Shown here one piece after another: positions 45,777-55,608 of a DNA stretch of 64,000 bases (the first letter of the stretch is position 1; each line of letters begins with the position of its first letter). Source of the DNA: a virus; IMG/VR virus record IMGVR_UViG_3300029105_000372. One strand, 5' to 3'. Made by a program: the position numbers and the translations under genes. The notes beneath the pieces were generated by a model that saw only the letters and a program-made list of their open reading frames with translations, did no database searches and was not told the DNA's origin.

Positions 45777-46208
45777 ATGGAACAACAGAAAAGAGAGGGA
45801 AAGACCATGACAGCAGAAAAAATTATTGATTCTTTGAGATTCACAGCAACAGAGGCAGACGAACAAAAGGACCTTTTTACACCGTCCCACGTTCTCTATA
45901 AATGCCGCGTTATCAACCCGGCAAATAATCGCCGCTACACTTTTGATTATCAATGCAACCCAAGCGCAACGCATGAGCCAACAAAAGAAGATTGTTTATA
46001 TTGTCTCTTGTCTGATGCTTCTTGTGCTGATAGCTGCACAGATGAGGCGGACTTTTTAACAGAGTTTGGATATATTGACGGCGGAGCGGATCAGGTTCGC
46101 AAAGGCTTAAAGGCTTATAAGGCTTGCAAGCGTACCGCGGCAGCTATTGACCGTATTTTTACAGAGGACGAAAAAACCGCCCTTAATAAATATTACGAAA
46201 ATTACTAA
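45777..46208 (+). CDS. Cys-rich hypothetical protein (143 aa)
   Basis: First gene after the long leader. CxxC-type motifs (CLYCLLSDASCADSC). Confidence 0.4.
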   Translation: MEQQKREGKTMTAEKIIDSLRFTATEADEQKDLFTPSHVLYKCRVINPANNRRYTFDYQCNPSATHEPTKEDCLYCLLSDASCADSCTDEADFLTEFGYIDGGADQVRKGLKAYKACKRTAAAIDRIFTEDEKTALNKYYENY

Positions 46209-46273
46209 TTGACAGAAACGAGGCGCGCGCCCTCCGGGGCGCTCCCTCTCAAAATATAGGAGGCTTATATATT

Positions 46274-46543
46274 ATGATGACATTATCAGAGGCGAAAGCC
46301 ATTTATAAAACGGGCGGCGGTCATTTCTTCGACCGTGAAACGCTCAAATATTGGGGATCTCGTATAGAATCCGCTTTGTATAAAAACCGCTGTTTTGTTA
46401 CCAGTGAAAACAATTTTGACGGCAGCCGCAGAGCTTACACCGTGCGCCGGTTCTCTCCTGACTTTCTGCATATTGAAACCGTGGGAGAGTTTCAACAGTA
46501 CGCACTTAAAGAAACCGCCAGAGAGGCAGCAAAGGAGGCCTAA
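46274..46543 (+). CDS. hypothetical protein (89 aa)
   Basis: RBS AGGAGG upstream. Confidence 0.4.
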   Translation: MMTLSEAKAIYKTGGGHFFDRETLKYWGSRIESALYKNRCFVTSENNFDGSRRAYTVRRFSPDFLHIETVGEFQQYALKETAREAAKEA

Positions 46544-46546
46544 ACC

Positions 46547-47518
46547 ATGAACAACGCATATATTAAAAATCTTTTATCTATCAACAAAAAAGCTTTTCAG
46601 TTTTTGCATGATGTCGAGGGCTTCGACTTTGAAAATCCGTATTTTATCACACAGCAGCCCGGGAAATTTACCGCAAACACAGTTAAAAAGGCAGTAGCCG
46701 AGGCAATGAACCCGGCAGCGTGTAAAATCTCCGTTTTTATTGTTCCTACCGCTTCGCGATGTCTGCAAGATTTATATTTCGCTGTGCTTAAACTCAACAA
46801 TTTTTCAGCTTGTCGCCGTGATGGTGTTAGTTATTGGAATTATAGAGTCGCTGCCCCTGGTCTTGATATAGATTATTGTTTTAATATTAGAGACTTTGAG
46901 GAACTGCGCAAGAAACAGACTGAAAGCGTTTTTATAATCGCCCAGGATAAAAGTTATATAAAAGAACCGGAAACAAAAATATTTGATGTTTCCCGGCGGT
47001 ATGCCCTGAACGATGCCAGAAAGAGCACAGACGGACGCGGAAACAATTATATAAAATCTTTAGTATTGACCGCCACGGATGGCAGCGGCACACGTTTCAC
47101 ATATGAACCATATAACACATTTTATGGAAACGAAAAACGATCCGCGGATATTGCGGACCATATCGACAAAAGCGGCTACTTGTTACGCCCTCACCGCTTC
47201 GCATTGATGGAAAGAGCGGAAACATTGAGACGGACCAGGAAACAGGCAGAGGCAAACAACGCCGACTATACAAACGAGATAGCCGAACTGCAGAAACGCA
47301 TTGACGCAACTAGAATTTTATTATCTAACGCCGTTTTGAATTGTCAGGACGCAACCGCGGCGCGTGGCGTGTCTAACAAGATGAATTATTTTTCTTATGC
47401 TCTTTCTTACTTTGAGACATTCAAAGAAAAAATAAATAATAAGCGTTATGCAAGTATAGAGCGTATCAATTCAGATATTGAGGATATAAAAGGCAAGTTG
47501 GACCATTGTGCAGAGTAA
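46547..47518 (+). CDS. hypothetical protein (323 aa)
   Basis: Intact ORF. Confidence 0.4.
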   Translation: MNNAYIKNLLSINKKAFQFLHDVEGFDFENPYFITQQPGKFTANTVKKAVAEAMNPAACKISVFIVPTASRCLQDLYFAVLKLNNFSACRRDGVSYWNYRVAAPGLDIDYCFNIRDFEELRKKQTESVFIIAQDKSYIKEPETKIFDVSRRYALNDARKSTDGRGNNYIKSLVLTATDGSGTRFTYEPYNTFYGNEKRSADIADHIDKSGYLLRPHRFALMERAETLRRTRKQAEANNADYTNEIAELQKRIDATRILLSNAVLNCQDATAARGVSNKMNYFSYALSYFETFKEKINNKRYASIERINSDIEDIKGKLDHCAE

Positions 47519-47583
47519 GACGGGCGGCGGCGGATCATCCGCTCCGGCTCCGCTGGATATATTGAGAGATCGGAGGCTTTAGG

Positions 47584-47880
47584 ATGGCTTATAAATATTT
47601 GAACCGCTCCGCAGTATTGGAACATCTGCAAGAGAGGCAAACCGTAAATATTGATGAGTATATAGAGAAAATGCAGTTTTTCAAGAAATACGGAAACAAC
47701 CAGGGAATCTATATAACAGACAGCCGCTATATTGAGTATGCAGAAATCGGCTTGCACTATTTCAAATATGATACATTGATAAAATTCTTTGAGGATTTCA
47801 AACAGAGAAACCACACAAAACGTATATTGATAACATTCAACAAAAACCACCGCTTACAATGTGAACCGGTGCAGGATTAA
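47584..47880 (+). CDS. hypothetical protein (98 aa)
   Basis: RBS present. Confidence 0.4.
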   Translation: MAYKYLNRSAVLEHLQERQTVNIDEYIEKMQFFKKYGNNQGIYITDSRYIEYAEIGLHYFKYDTLIKFFEDFKQRNHTKRILITFNKNHRLQCEPVQD

Positions 47881-47895
47881 GGAGGCCTTTATATT

Positions 47896-48471
47896 ATGGG
47901 ATGGGATTACACACACGCTACACACTACACCAGAACCGGAGCTATTGACCGGAAAACAGAGATTGACGAGCTTTACACCTGGCAGAACGACACCAGGAAA
48001 GCCGAAGTTGTACGGTCCGCAATGGTAGGAAGTACATACTATGCAGCTATTAAAATAACAGAATTGAGTACCGGAGAGACAGAGACAGCCGCCGCCGTTG
48101 CATTGACGCACACCAACAGCCGGGATTATTTCAACTTTGGAGTTAAGACGATGGGGGAAAGCTCCGGACCATGCGAAGATCATTGCCCGGCTTCTATTCT
48201 CTCTCTTCTCTCCCCTACTGATTCAGAATATGCCAATAACTGGCGTGAGAGATGCAGAAAGAACATTGAAGCAAAGAAAGATCCGCACGCATTGAAAAAT
48301 TTACCTGTCGGCGCAGTGATCCGCTTTACTCTCCACACTGGGGAAAGTATCGAACTATTGAAACACGCCGCGGCGTATCAGTTCAAACGCCCTTTCTGGT
48401 TCTGCCAATCATCCGGCCGTTATATGCCAGCAACCAGGATCCCGGCAAATTATGAAGTAGTCACAGCATAA
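47896..48471 (+). CDS. hypothetical protein (191 aa)
   Basis: RBS AAGGAGG present. Confidence 0.4.
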   Translation: MGWDYTHATHYTRTGAIDRKTEIDELYTWQNDTRKAEVVRSAMVGSTYYAAIKITELSTGETETAAAVALTHTNSRDYFNFGVKTMGESSGPCEDHCPASILSLLSPTDSEYANNWRERCRKNIEAKKDPHALKNLPVGAVIRFTLHTGESIELLKHAAAYQFKRPFWFCQSSGRYMPATRIPANYEVVTA

Positions 48472-48499
48472 CATATTGAGTTTAGGAGGATAAGAAACC

Positions 48500-48865
48500 A
48501 TGAATAATACAGCATTGAGAATTGAGAACGGTATGAGCAGTTTTGAGTTACTGCAGGCCAAGGTGTCAAGCCTTGAAGCAACAGAAAAGCGCATGAGCAT
48601 TGAAGAGGATCGCCGCATGGCTGCCATTGATGCAATGGATCGCACCTATAACAACCCATCCACACCGCGCCGCACACGCTTTGAGCTTTCTATTGAGCTT
48701 CCTATTCAGCGTGAGGCGTTGAAAAATTACCACAATGAGCGCAGCCGGGTATCTGCCGAGCTTCGAGGATTGAGAACGGCTATTGACCTGATTCTAACCG
48801 TTTCCAACTACGGCGGAGAGGTTACACCCGGAAACCGCCGATTGATTGAGAGTATTTTAATCTAA
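48500..48865 (+). CDS. hypothetical protein (121 aa)
   Basis: RBS present. Confidence 0.4.
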   Translation: MNNTALRIENGMSSFELLQAKVSSLEATEKRMSIEEDRRMAAIDAMDRTYNNPSTPRRTRFELSIELPIQREALKNYHNERSRVSAELRGLRTAIDLILTVSNYGGEVTPGNRRLIESILI

Positions 48866-48901
48866 TCCGTTACATTGTAACGATATGTAACACGTTGTAA
48901 T

Positions 48902-49156
48902 ATGGAGGTAACACAAATGTTAGAAATGTCATTCTATAAAGGTACCTTGGACAGAGCCAAGGCAAGGGAAGTTGTTGAGGCATCCGAAAAGCCTTTGATG
49001 TTCCGATATGGCTTCGCTTTTAGGGGCGCAGAGAAAAGACCTATAACCAAAGAAAAAGCATTGAGTATTATTGATGATTCCGGCAACTATCTGGATATAA
49101 CAGAAACCGACAATGAGATCCTTTTGAATACTTTTTCAAGTAATGATATGTTGTAG
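48902..49156 (+). CDS. hypothetical protein (84 aa)
   Basis: RBS present. Confidence 0.35.
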   Translation: MEVTQMLEMSFYKGTLDRAKAREVVEASEKPLMFRYGFAFRGAEKRPITKEKALSIIDDSGNYLDITETDNEILLNTFSSNDML

Positions 49157-49290
49157 GAGGTATGAACGTGGTAGTTATTTCATTGACAGATAGAGAACGC
49201 AGGGCAGGCGCAACGCCTTGTATGTGACACTGAATCGCAGAAAGCTATTGACATACACATCAAAGAATTACAGGCATTAAACAGAAAGTT

Positions 49291-50577
49291 GTGTACTACC
49301 GGCATCCGGTAAAGAAAGGATTGAGAACCATGAGAAAGAAAAGCGTATTTATTAACTGTATGGAGGCATTGACCGCAAACAGAAAACACAGCGAGGCCCG
49401 CACACTTCTCAATGCAGGACTGAAAGAGTCCGCAGAGAGGCAGACCGCTGCCACCGCTCCGGCGTATGAACTTACAAAGCCGTATATCTTCCCTGCCGTT
49501 GATGGCAATATGACTTATCACACCTCATGGGGATCTCATGGAGTAAAGAACGAAGCCGAAACCATATTGAGTGTATTGAACTCTTTCCGCCTCCGCTCCA
49601 CCCTTGCAAAAATCAATCAAGGACCACGCCTTACACAGTATGTTATTGAACCGGCTCCCGGAACTCAGGTGCAAGCCATTTTGAGACGTGAAAAGGAATT
49701 TCAGGCAGCCTTGCACTGCAACGCCTCTTTGAGATTTGATAATGGTTATGTATATATTGAGGTTCCTACCGGTACAGAAACCGTGTTCCTGGGGGATATG
49801 CTTATTGATAATGAGTTTCAGTCCTCCGATGGGTTCACAATGGCGATCGGTATGGCGGTTGACGGTTCCAAACATTACATTGATATTGCCAAGGCTTGCC
49901 ATATCCTCATTTCTGGTATGACCGGATCTGGTAAATCAATCGTTCTGCATAACCTCATCTTGTCTCTATTGATGAAAAAGAATCCGGCACAGATGCACTT
50001 ATATATCATTGACCCAAAAGCAACAGAGTTTGAGTATTACAAGAACCTTGCAGCGTGTACGGTTGTATCTGAGGTAAATGGTGCGGTTGAACTATTGAAG
50101 AACCTTTGTATTGAGATGGATCGCCGCTACTCCATTCTTGCCTCTACCGGCTGCCGTGACATTGACAGCTACAATACAAAGTTCGCAGATGCTCCTATGA
50201 GGCGTGACATAGTTTTCATTGATGAGTTATCCGACCTTATGAGCATGGGTGGAAAATCCGTTGAGGGACATATTGTAAGAATTGCACAGAAAGCCCGTGC
50301 CTGTGGCATCCACCTTGTAATCGCTACACAGTACCCGGTTGCAAAGGTTGTTACTGGATTGATTAAGGCAAATATGCCTACAAAGATCTGTCTCCGTGTT
50401 GGTACAGTCACAAACTCTATGGTTGCATTGGATATGGCCGGCGGCGAAAAGCTCATGGGACATGGCGATATGCTCTTTCTCCCTAACGGTTCTCTTTCCC
50501 CGGTAAGGTTGCAAGGTGGGTTTGTATCTGAGACGGCAATCAACAATGTCGTTGCCGGTTTGATGAAAAATCAGTAA
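49291..50577 (+). CDS. FtsK/SpoIIIE-family DNA translocase ATPase (428 aa)
   Basis: Walker A ILISGMTGSGKS, Walker B IVFIDELSDLM, and HLVIATQYP. Confidence 0.75.
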   Translation: MYYRHPVKKGLRTMRKKSVFINCMEALTANRKHSEARTLLNAGLKESAERQTAATAPAYELTKPYIFPAVDGNMTYHTSWGSHGVKNEAETILSVLNSFRLRSTLAKINQGPRLTQYVIEPAPGTQVQAILRREKEFQAALHCNASLRFDNGYVYIEVPTGTETVFLGDMLIDNEFQSSDGFTMAIGMAVDGSKHYIDIAKACHILISGMTGSGKSIVLHNLILSLLMKKNPAQMHLYIIDPKATEFEYYKNLAACTVVSEVNGAVELLKNLCIEMDRRYSILASTGCRDIDSYNTKFADAPMRRDIVFIDELSDLMSMGGKSVEGHIVRIAQKARACGIHLVIATQYPVAKVVTGLIKANMPTKICLRVGTVTNSMVALDMAGGEKLMGHGDMLFLPNGSLSPVRLQGGFVSETAINNVVAGLMKNQ

Positions 50578-50585
50578 GTAGGAGG

Positions 50586-51182
50586 ATGGTTAGAATGGCA
50601 GGAAAGACAACAACAGCTTGTACGCATGAACAGTACGAGACTATCATAAAAACTTTATATGAGGGCATTGGAGACTGCATACAGCCTAATCCCAGGATTG
50701 CTACGATCCTCGTTATTGAGGCGAATGTAGGATTGCGTATTGGAGATACACTCTCCCTCCGGCGTTCCTCTTTTATCAAGACGCCATCCGGTCACGCTTT
50801 CAATATTGTTGAGCATAAGACCGGAAAGGTTCGCCGTTTCAAGGTCCAGGAACAGGTCTACAACTTCCTCCTTGAATATGCGGACTCTGAGGGCATTGAG
50901 GGCGATGATCTGATATTCCCTATCGGTGTCCGGGCAGTGCAAAAGCATCTGAAAAAGGTTTGCGACTGGCTCGGTCCTGAATATGAGGATATATCCACCC
51001 ATTCGTTCCGTAAATACTTCGGAACAGAGATTTACTACAAGAATGGAAAGGACATTGAACTGGTCCGCCGCCTGTATCAGCACAGTTCCGCCGCCGTTAC
51101 GGCTCGTTACTTGGGTGTTACGGACGAAAAGATTGAACAGGCATTAGATTCCCACGTTGATATTATTTACCGCCCCAAATGA
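50586..51182 (+). CDS. small tyrosine recombinase, catalytic domain only (FimB/FimE/RecV-like invertase; 198 aa)
   Basis: Catalytic R (GLRIGD), K (HKTGK), HxxR (HSFRKY), H (YQHSS) and Y (TARYL). No N-terminal core-binding domain. Confidence 0.7.
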   Translation: MVRMAGKTTTACTHEQYETIIKTLYEGIGDCIQPNPRIATILVIEANVGLRIGDTLSLRRSSFIKTPSGHAFNIVEHKTGKVRRFKVQEQVYNFLLEYADSEGIEGDDLIFPIGVRAVQKHLKKVCDWLGPEYEDISTHSFRKYFGTEIYYKNGKDIELVRRLYQHSSAAVTARYLGVTDEKIEQALDSHVDIIYRPK

Positions 51183-51195
51183 GGCGCATATATAG

Positions 51196-51225
51196 TAATG
51201 GTTCCTTATAAGATTTGTCTATTTG
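51196..51225. repeat. left 30-bp inverted repeat of putative invertible element
   Basis: TAATGGTTCCTTATAAGATTTGTCTATTTG. Its reverse complement matches 51423-51452 at 27 of 30 positions. Confidence 0.7.
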
Positions 51226-51422
51226 AGTGTCGTGTAACAGGTTTCTGGCAGTTTTTAATGTGAAAACTGCTGCCGGTATGAGGGTTGATAACGGCATACA
51301 CCATCCCTTTGTTGGTTGACAGGTTTTCCGGCTTTAATGCGAAACCGGATAAGGATAGTGGGATCTCCTGACATTCGCGTATCTCCGGCGGAGCGCACGA
51401 TGCCGCTTGATAAGAACGTGTC
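51226..51422. promoter_or_regulatory. putative invertible DNA segment (~197 bp) with internal hairpin repeats and TTGACA -35-like element
   Basis: Flanked by the 30-bp inverted repeats. Contains two related hairpins (GGCAGTTTTTAATGTGAAAACTGCC and CCGGCTTTAATGCGAAACCGG) and TTGACA at about 51316. Confidence 0.55.
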
Positions 51423-51452
51423 CAAATAGACAAATGCTATAAGGAACCATTG
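51423..51452. repeat. right 30-bp inverted repeat of putative invertible element
   Basis: CAAATAGACAAATGCTATAAGGAACCATTG. Confidence 0.7.
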
Positions 51453-51457
51453 AAGAA

Positions 51458-52147
51458 ATGGAGGTCTTAGGCATGATTGATATTACAAACTGCAATAAAA
51501 TCATAGTCGATACCATTGGGAAAACAGAGAAGATCATTGAATGGTATCAGCAAAATAAAGATTGGTTGGATGCCGAAGAGTTCCGCATCCCCATCCCCTC
51601 CGCATTGGTTGAGCTGCCGGAAGAAGATATTAAATTCTATTATGAGCAGGAGGGTGTATTCGTCAGGCTGCATCTGTATATGGGTGGCGTGTATGTCTGC
51701 AATTATCGGTATGATCCGAAAACTCAGGAAATCGAAAACATTGTCTTTCCTGCCGGATTAAGCAAAGAGAAACGAAAGGTTGCCCGGATGGTTCTTGCCG
51801 CTGACAGAACGCCATACAAGGAGGCATTGAAGTTCCATTCTCTCATGTGTTTTGCAACTCATTACCGCAACTGCATTGAGACTACGGAGCAGAAAGAGAA
51901 ACGCATTTCTCATAAGCATCGAAAAATCCTGCGCCGTTCCGGCGGTGCTACACCACTGATAACCACATACCGCATTGATAGCAGACCTGTTCCTGCAGAC
52001 GGTACAAAAAGGCACTACACAAAGCCTACCGAACAGGTAAGTGTGAGGGGATTTTACCGAACTACCAAAACCGGTAAACGTGTATGGGTTCGCCCTTTCA
52101 CAAAATACAATGGAAATTCTGGAAATAACAAAACATACAAAGTATAG
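51458..52147 (+). CDS. hypothetical protein with basic C-terminal region (229 aa)
   Basis: RBS GGAGGT upstream. First gene downstream of the invertible segment. Confidence 0.4.
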   Translation: MEVLGMIDITNCNKIIVDTIGKTEKIIEWYQQNKDWLDAEEFRIPIPSALVELPEEDIKFYYEQEGVFVRLHLYMGGVYVCNYRYDPKTQEIENIVFPAGLSKEKRKVARMVLAADRTPYKEALKFHSLMCFATHYRNCIETTEQKEKRISHKHRKILRRSGGATPLITTYRIDSRPVPADGTKRHYTKPTEQVSVRGFYRTTKTGKRVWVRPFTKYNGNSGNNKTYKV

Positions 52148-52157
52148 GAGGATCACT

Positions 52158-53363
52158 ATGAGTAATTTGAAAGTTTATGCAAAAACCATCGAAGATGAGG
52201 CTTTGGAACAGATTAACACTCTTCTGTCTCAGGATGCCTTTAAGGACTGTAAGGTTCGTATCATGCCGGATGTTCACGCCGGAAAGGGATGTGTCATTGG
52301 CTTTACTGCGGATCTCGGAAACAAAGTAATTCCGAACATCGTTGGCGTGGATATTGGATGCGGTATGCTCTGCGTAAGCATCGGACACGGAGAAATCGAC
52401 TTTGATAGATTGGATAAAGTCATTCGCACTTATGTTCCAAGCGGAAGAAATGTGCATGACGGCCGGCAGATCCGTTTTGATGAATTGCAGGATCTTTACT
52501 GCTACCGAGAATTGCGAGATACCAAACGCATTGAGCGTTCTATCGGCACTCTCGGCGGTGGCAATCATTTCATTGAGGTTGATGTTGCGGAGGACGGTTA
52601 TAAGTATCTGGTTATTCATACTGGCAGCCGCAATCTTGGAAAACAGGTGGCGGACTACTATCAGAACCTTGCCTATGAATTGATGTGTGGCAAGGACGAT
52701 TTGTACGAGCGTCAGAATAAGCTCATTGAGGAATACAAGGCTGCCGGAAGGAAATCCGAGATTGAGGGTGCAATAAAAGAACTGCACAAAAACTTCCGTG
52801 CCACTACTCCGAAGTTACCAAAGGATCTGTGCTACTTAGAGGGAAAGTATCGTGAACAGTATTTACATGATATGCGTATCTGCCAGAAGTTTGCATATTT
52901 CAACCGTGTGATGATCGCACAGATTATATGCAATCATATGGGATGGGGAGTCGGTGCGGAAATACCGGATTATTTTGAGTGCATCCACAATTATATCGAC
53001 CACGACTCCAACATCGTCCGTAAAGGTGCTATCTCTGCCAAGTACGGAGAAAAGGTTCTTATCCCTATCAATATGCGTGATGGGTGTATTCTCGGAACTG
53101 GCAAGGGAAATGAGGATTGGAACTGTTCTGCGCCGCATGGAGCTGGACGGCTTATGTCACGGATGAAAGCAAAGGAAACTCTAAACATGAGTGATTATTC
53201 AAACTCTATGGATGGCATCTACACTACTTCCGTATCAGAGGAAACCATAGATGAGGCACCGATGGCATACAAGCCTATTGATGAGATTGTGGAATGTATT
53301 GGAGAAACCGTTGATATTCTTGCCATTCTGAAACCTATATATAATTTCAAGGCAAGCGAATAA
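52158..53363 (+). CDS. rtcB: RtcB-family RNA 3'-phosphate/5'-OH ligase
   Basis: MPDVHAGKG, GVDIGCGM, GGGNHFIEV and CSAPHGAGR motifs. The track ORF starts at 52080, but the likely start is ATG 52158 after the RBS TAGGAGGA. Confidence 0.8.
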   Translation: MSNLKVYAKTIEDEALEQINTLLSQDAFKDCKVRIMPDVHAGKGCVIGFTADLGNKVIPNIVGVDIGCGMLCVSIGHGEIDFDRLDKVIRTYVPSGRNVHDGRQIRFDELQDLYCYRELRDTKRIERSIGTLGGGNHFIEVDVAEDGYKYLVIHTGSRNLGKQVADYYQNLAYELMCGKDDLYERQNKLIEEYKAAGRKSEIEGAIKELHKNFRATTPKLPKDLCYLEGKYREQYLHDMRICQKFAYFNRVMIAQIICNHMGWGVGAEIPDYFECIHNYIDHDSNIVRKGAISAKYGEKVLIPINMRDGCILGTGKGNEDWNCSAPHGAGRLMSRMKAKETLNMSDYSNSMDGIYTTSVSEETIDEAPMAYKPIDEIVECIGETVDILAILKPIYNFKASE

Positions 53364-53420
53364 TGTGGCATTGATAGACACATTGATGTATAATGAACTA
53401 AACATTTATATAGGGAGGAT

Positions 53421-54101
53421 ATGTCTATGAAGATGAGATATTTTGCCATACTGTTACTGTCGGCCGTTCTTTTGACTGGTTGTGGCGGCGGTACATCTAC
53501 CAAAAATGGCACTACTGCGGTCACGACTACGTCAGAAAGTAAAGACAAAACAGACCTTGCAGATTTGATGAGTACGCAGGATTATTCCTGCACTGTGGAT
53601 GATTCTTTTATGTATTACGTTATGTATGTAACAAACAATTCAGATAAGGTTGTGAGTATTGATCTGAATGTGACCGCATTGGATTCTTCCGGCAGTATGG
53701 TTGGTTCTTCCAGCGATGGAACAAAAGCGGTTGCTCCAGGGCAAACAGCCGGTATATGGACCACATTTGATGAATGGGATAAGATTGATAGTTTCGATTA
53801 CACACTGTCGGTATCAGAGGAAAAGGAATACTCTCCTGTCTATTCTGACTTATCCGTTGACTACAATACTACCGACAGCGGCATTGTTGCATCCGTGACA
53901 AACAACGGAACTTCCGCCGCAGATTATGTATGTATGGATGTGGTGTACCTTAAAGATGGGAAGATGGTTAATTTTAGCGAATTATCTTTTATGGATGATA
54001 ACCAGGAATTGCAGCCCGGTACAACTCTTTCTCAGGAGGGCACTTGCTACTCTGATTCCGGTTTTGATGATGTAGTGATTGCCATAAATGGCAGGAAATG
54101 A
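53421..54101 (+). CDS. lipoprotein (226 aa)
   Basis: Signal peptide with lipobox MKMRYFAILLLSAVLLTGC. Thr/Ser-rich beta domain. Confidence 0.55.
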   Translation: MSMKMRYFAILLLSAVLLTGCGGGTSTKNGTTAVTTTSESKDKTDLADLMSTQDYSCTVDDSFMYYVMYVTNNSDKVVSIDLNVTALDSSGSMVGSSSDGTKAVAPGQTAGIWTTFDEWDKIDSFDYTLSVSEEKEYSPVYSDLSVDYNTTDSGIVASVTNNGTSAADYVCMDVVYLKDGKMVNFSELSFMDDNQELQPGTTLSQEGTCYSDSGFDDVVIAINGRK

Positions 54102-54116
54102 TTTAAGGCAGAGGTT

Positions 54117-54740
54117 TTATTCCTCTGCCTTTTCTATGAGTTCCCATGCCTTTTCATCGCCAAATTCTTTCCTTACGGCTTTCCACAATCTGAGGTACTT
54201 CTTGGATTCTCTGTCCCTTTCAGTCCTTGCCTTATCAATCTGACTTCTGATACGGCTTATATACTGCTCATCCTCCGTCTGTATCAGCTTATCAGAATCC
54301 CGATACAACGAACGGATCATACTCTCTTTGAGCATATCTACCCACGGAGTAGATACCTCTGTACTGCGTCCATTGACTGAACGGCGCATTTTATACTCTC
54401 TGCCGGATAAATCCTGTTTCTTTGCTTTCTTAGCGCAGTAATCTCCGATATAGACACCAATCCAGTCCGGTATCTCTTCCTTGACCTGATTGTATAATTC
54501 CCTTGTGAGAACATAATAGTTGTAATGGCCTACAAAGGATTTTGCAGCAGCACTATGGAAGTCCGCTTTCGACACCTTAATTTCATAGCACCGGAAAATG
54601 CCCTTTGTGTCATAGGTCATGTAATCAACTCTTTCTCTTCCGCAAAATCCGATTGTTACCTCATAGCAGCCAAATACACCTGTCTTTCTTGTGGCCTGTC
54701 TGATTGCTTTTTCCAGTGCTACGGTTTCCGCTGTTTTCAT
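54117..54740 (-). CDS. PD-(D/E)xK-like nuclease-fold protein (207 aa)
   Basis: RVDYMTYD ... RCYEIKVSKAD (D...ExK spacing). Confidence 0.35.
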   Translation of the reverse strand: MKTAETVALEKAIRQATRKTGVFGCYEVTIGFCGRERVDYMTYDTKGIFRCYEIKVSKADFHSAAAKSFVGHYNYYVLTRELYNQVKEEIPDWIGVYIGDYCAKKAKKQDLSGREYKMRRSVNGRSTEVSTPWVDMLKESMIRSLYRDSDKLIQTEDEQYISRIRSQIDKARTERDRESKKYLRLWKAVRKEFGDEKAWELIEKAEE

Positions 54741-55126
54741 TTCAGATCCTCGATTGAGAATACAAGACCTACACAGTAAATCTCTCCATCTTCCCAGATG
54801 TCAAATTGTTCGCAAGGAATGTCTGTTTTGTAAGTCCATGTTGCCGGAAGTCCGTCCCTGTTCATGCCATCACACCAGACAGCATCTATCCAGTTTGCAC
54901 GTTCTTCTCCCTCCTGATCCACACCGTTTCTGTCAAAGTATACTCTTCCTCCATCAAAGCAACCGCCCTCATCATAGATTGCCCCATCAAACTCCATGAG
55001 ATCATCAGATGCACCGTAAACAATAACCAGACCGCTTTCCTTTGCTTCCTGCTTCACATCGTCAAAACTATCTCCGTATGCTCTTCCATTGAGCTTGTCT
55101 GCTAATTCTTTTGCTGTAATCATCAC
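54737..55126 (-). CDS. hypothetical protein (129 aa)
   Basis: Intact ORF. Confidence 0.3.
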   Translation of the reverse strand: MMITAKELADKLNGRAYGDSFDDVKQEAKESGLVIVYGASDDLMEFDGAIYDEGGCFDGGRVYFDRNGVDQEGEERANWIDAVWCDGMNRDGLPATWTYKTDIPCEQFDIWEDGEIYCVGLVFSIEDLK

Positions 55127-55135
55127 ATATCCTCC

Positions 55136-55498
55136 TTAATCCGTGTATACCACTATTTTCTGCCCCTCCATTCTGTAACCAAAACAGAGGTTTCCGCCGT
55201 CTGCTATGATCGCACAGTCATGGTTGGACAGATTATTTACGTTTCCGATAATCTCATAATATTTACAGGCATATCCGCTTTCTCCACTCATAATAACGGT
55301 TTTCTTGGAAAGAATCTTATTCCGCTGTTTCTCTGACATATAATCCCACTCATGCGGATATACCACAACTGCCTTGTCCTTGATCTTTTCATACTCCTTG
55401 AACCATGTTTTTATCATTGTCCGACTCCTTTCTTGCATATTTGCATCCTGAGAAGTTTGTTCCGGTATCAAGAAACATATCCAGAATGATTTTCTCAC
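55136..55498 (-). CDS. hypothetical protein (120 aa)
   Basis: Intact ORF. Confidence 0.3.
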   Translation of the reverse strand: MRKSFWICFLIPEQTSQDANMQERSRTMIKTWFKEYEKIKDKAVVVYPHEWDYMSEKQRNKILSKKTVIMSGESGYACKYYEIIGNVNNLSNHDCAIIADGGNLCFGYRMEGQKIVVYTD

Positions 55499-55608
55499 TC
55501 TCTCCGCAGAAATTTATGTGTCCTGTCTTTGTGTGCTTGACTATCAGTTTTTCACAGTTGAGGCAGCACGCCTTTTCGTTCCGTTCCTCAAACATCTGTA
55601 AAGCCGTC

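Noticed and set aside
45013-45974. Minus-strand ORFs 45013..45387, 45134..45340, 45597..45974 in the C/A-rich leader
   Set aside because: Arg/Pro/Cys-rich translations caused by compositional skew. No RBS. They lie in the intergenic switch region.
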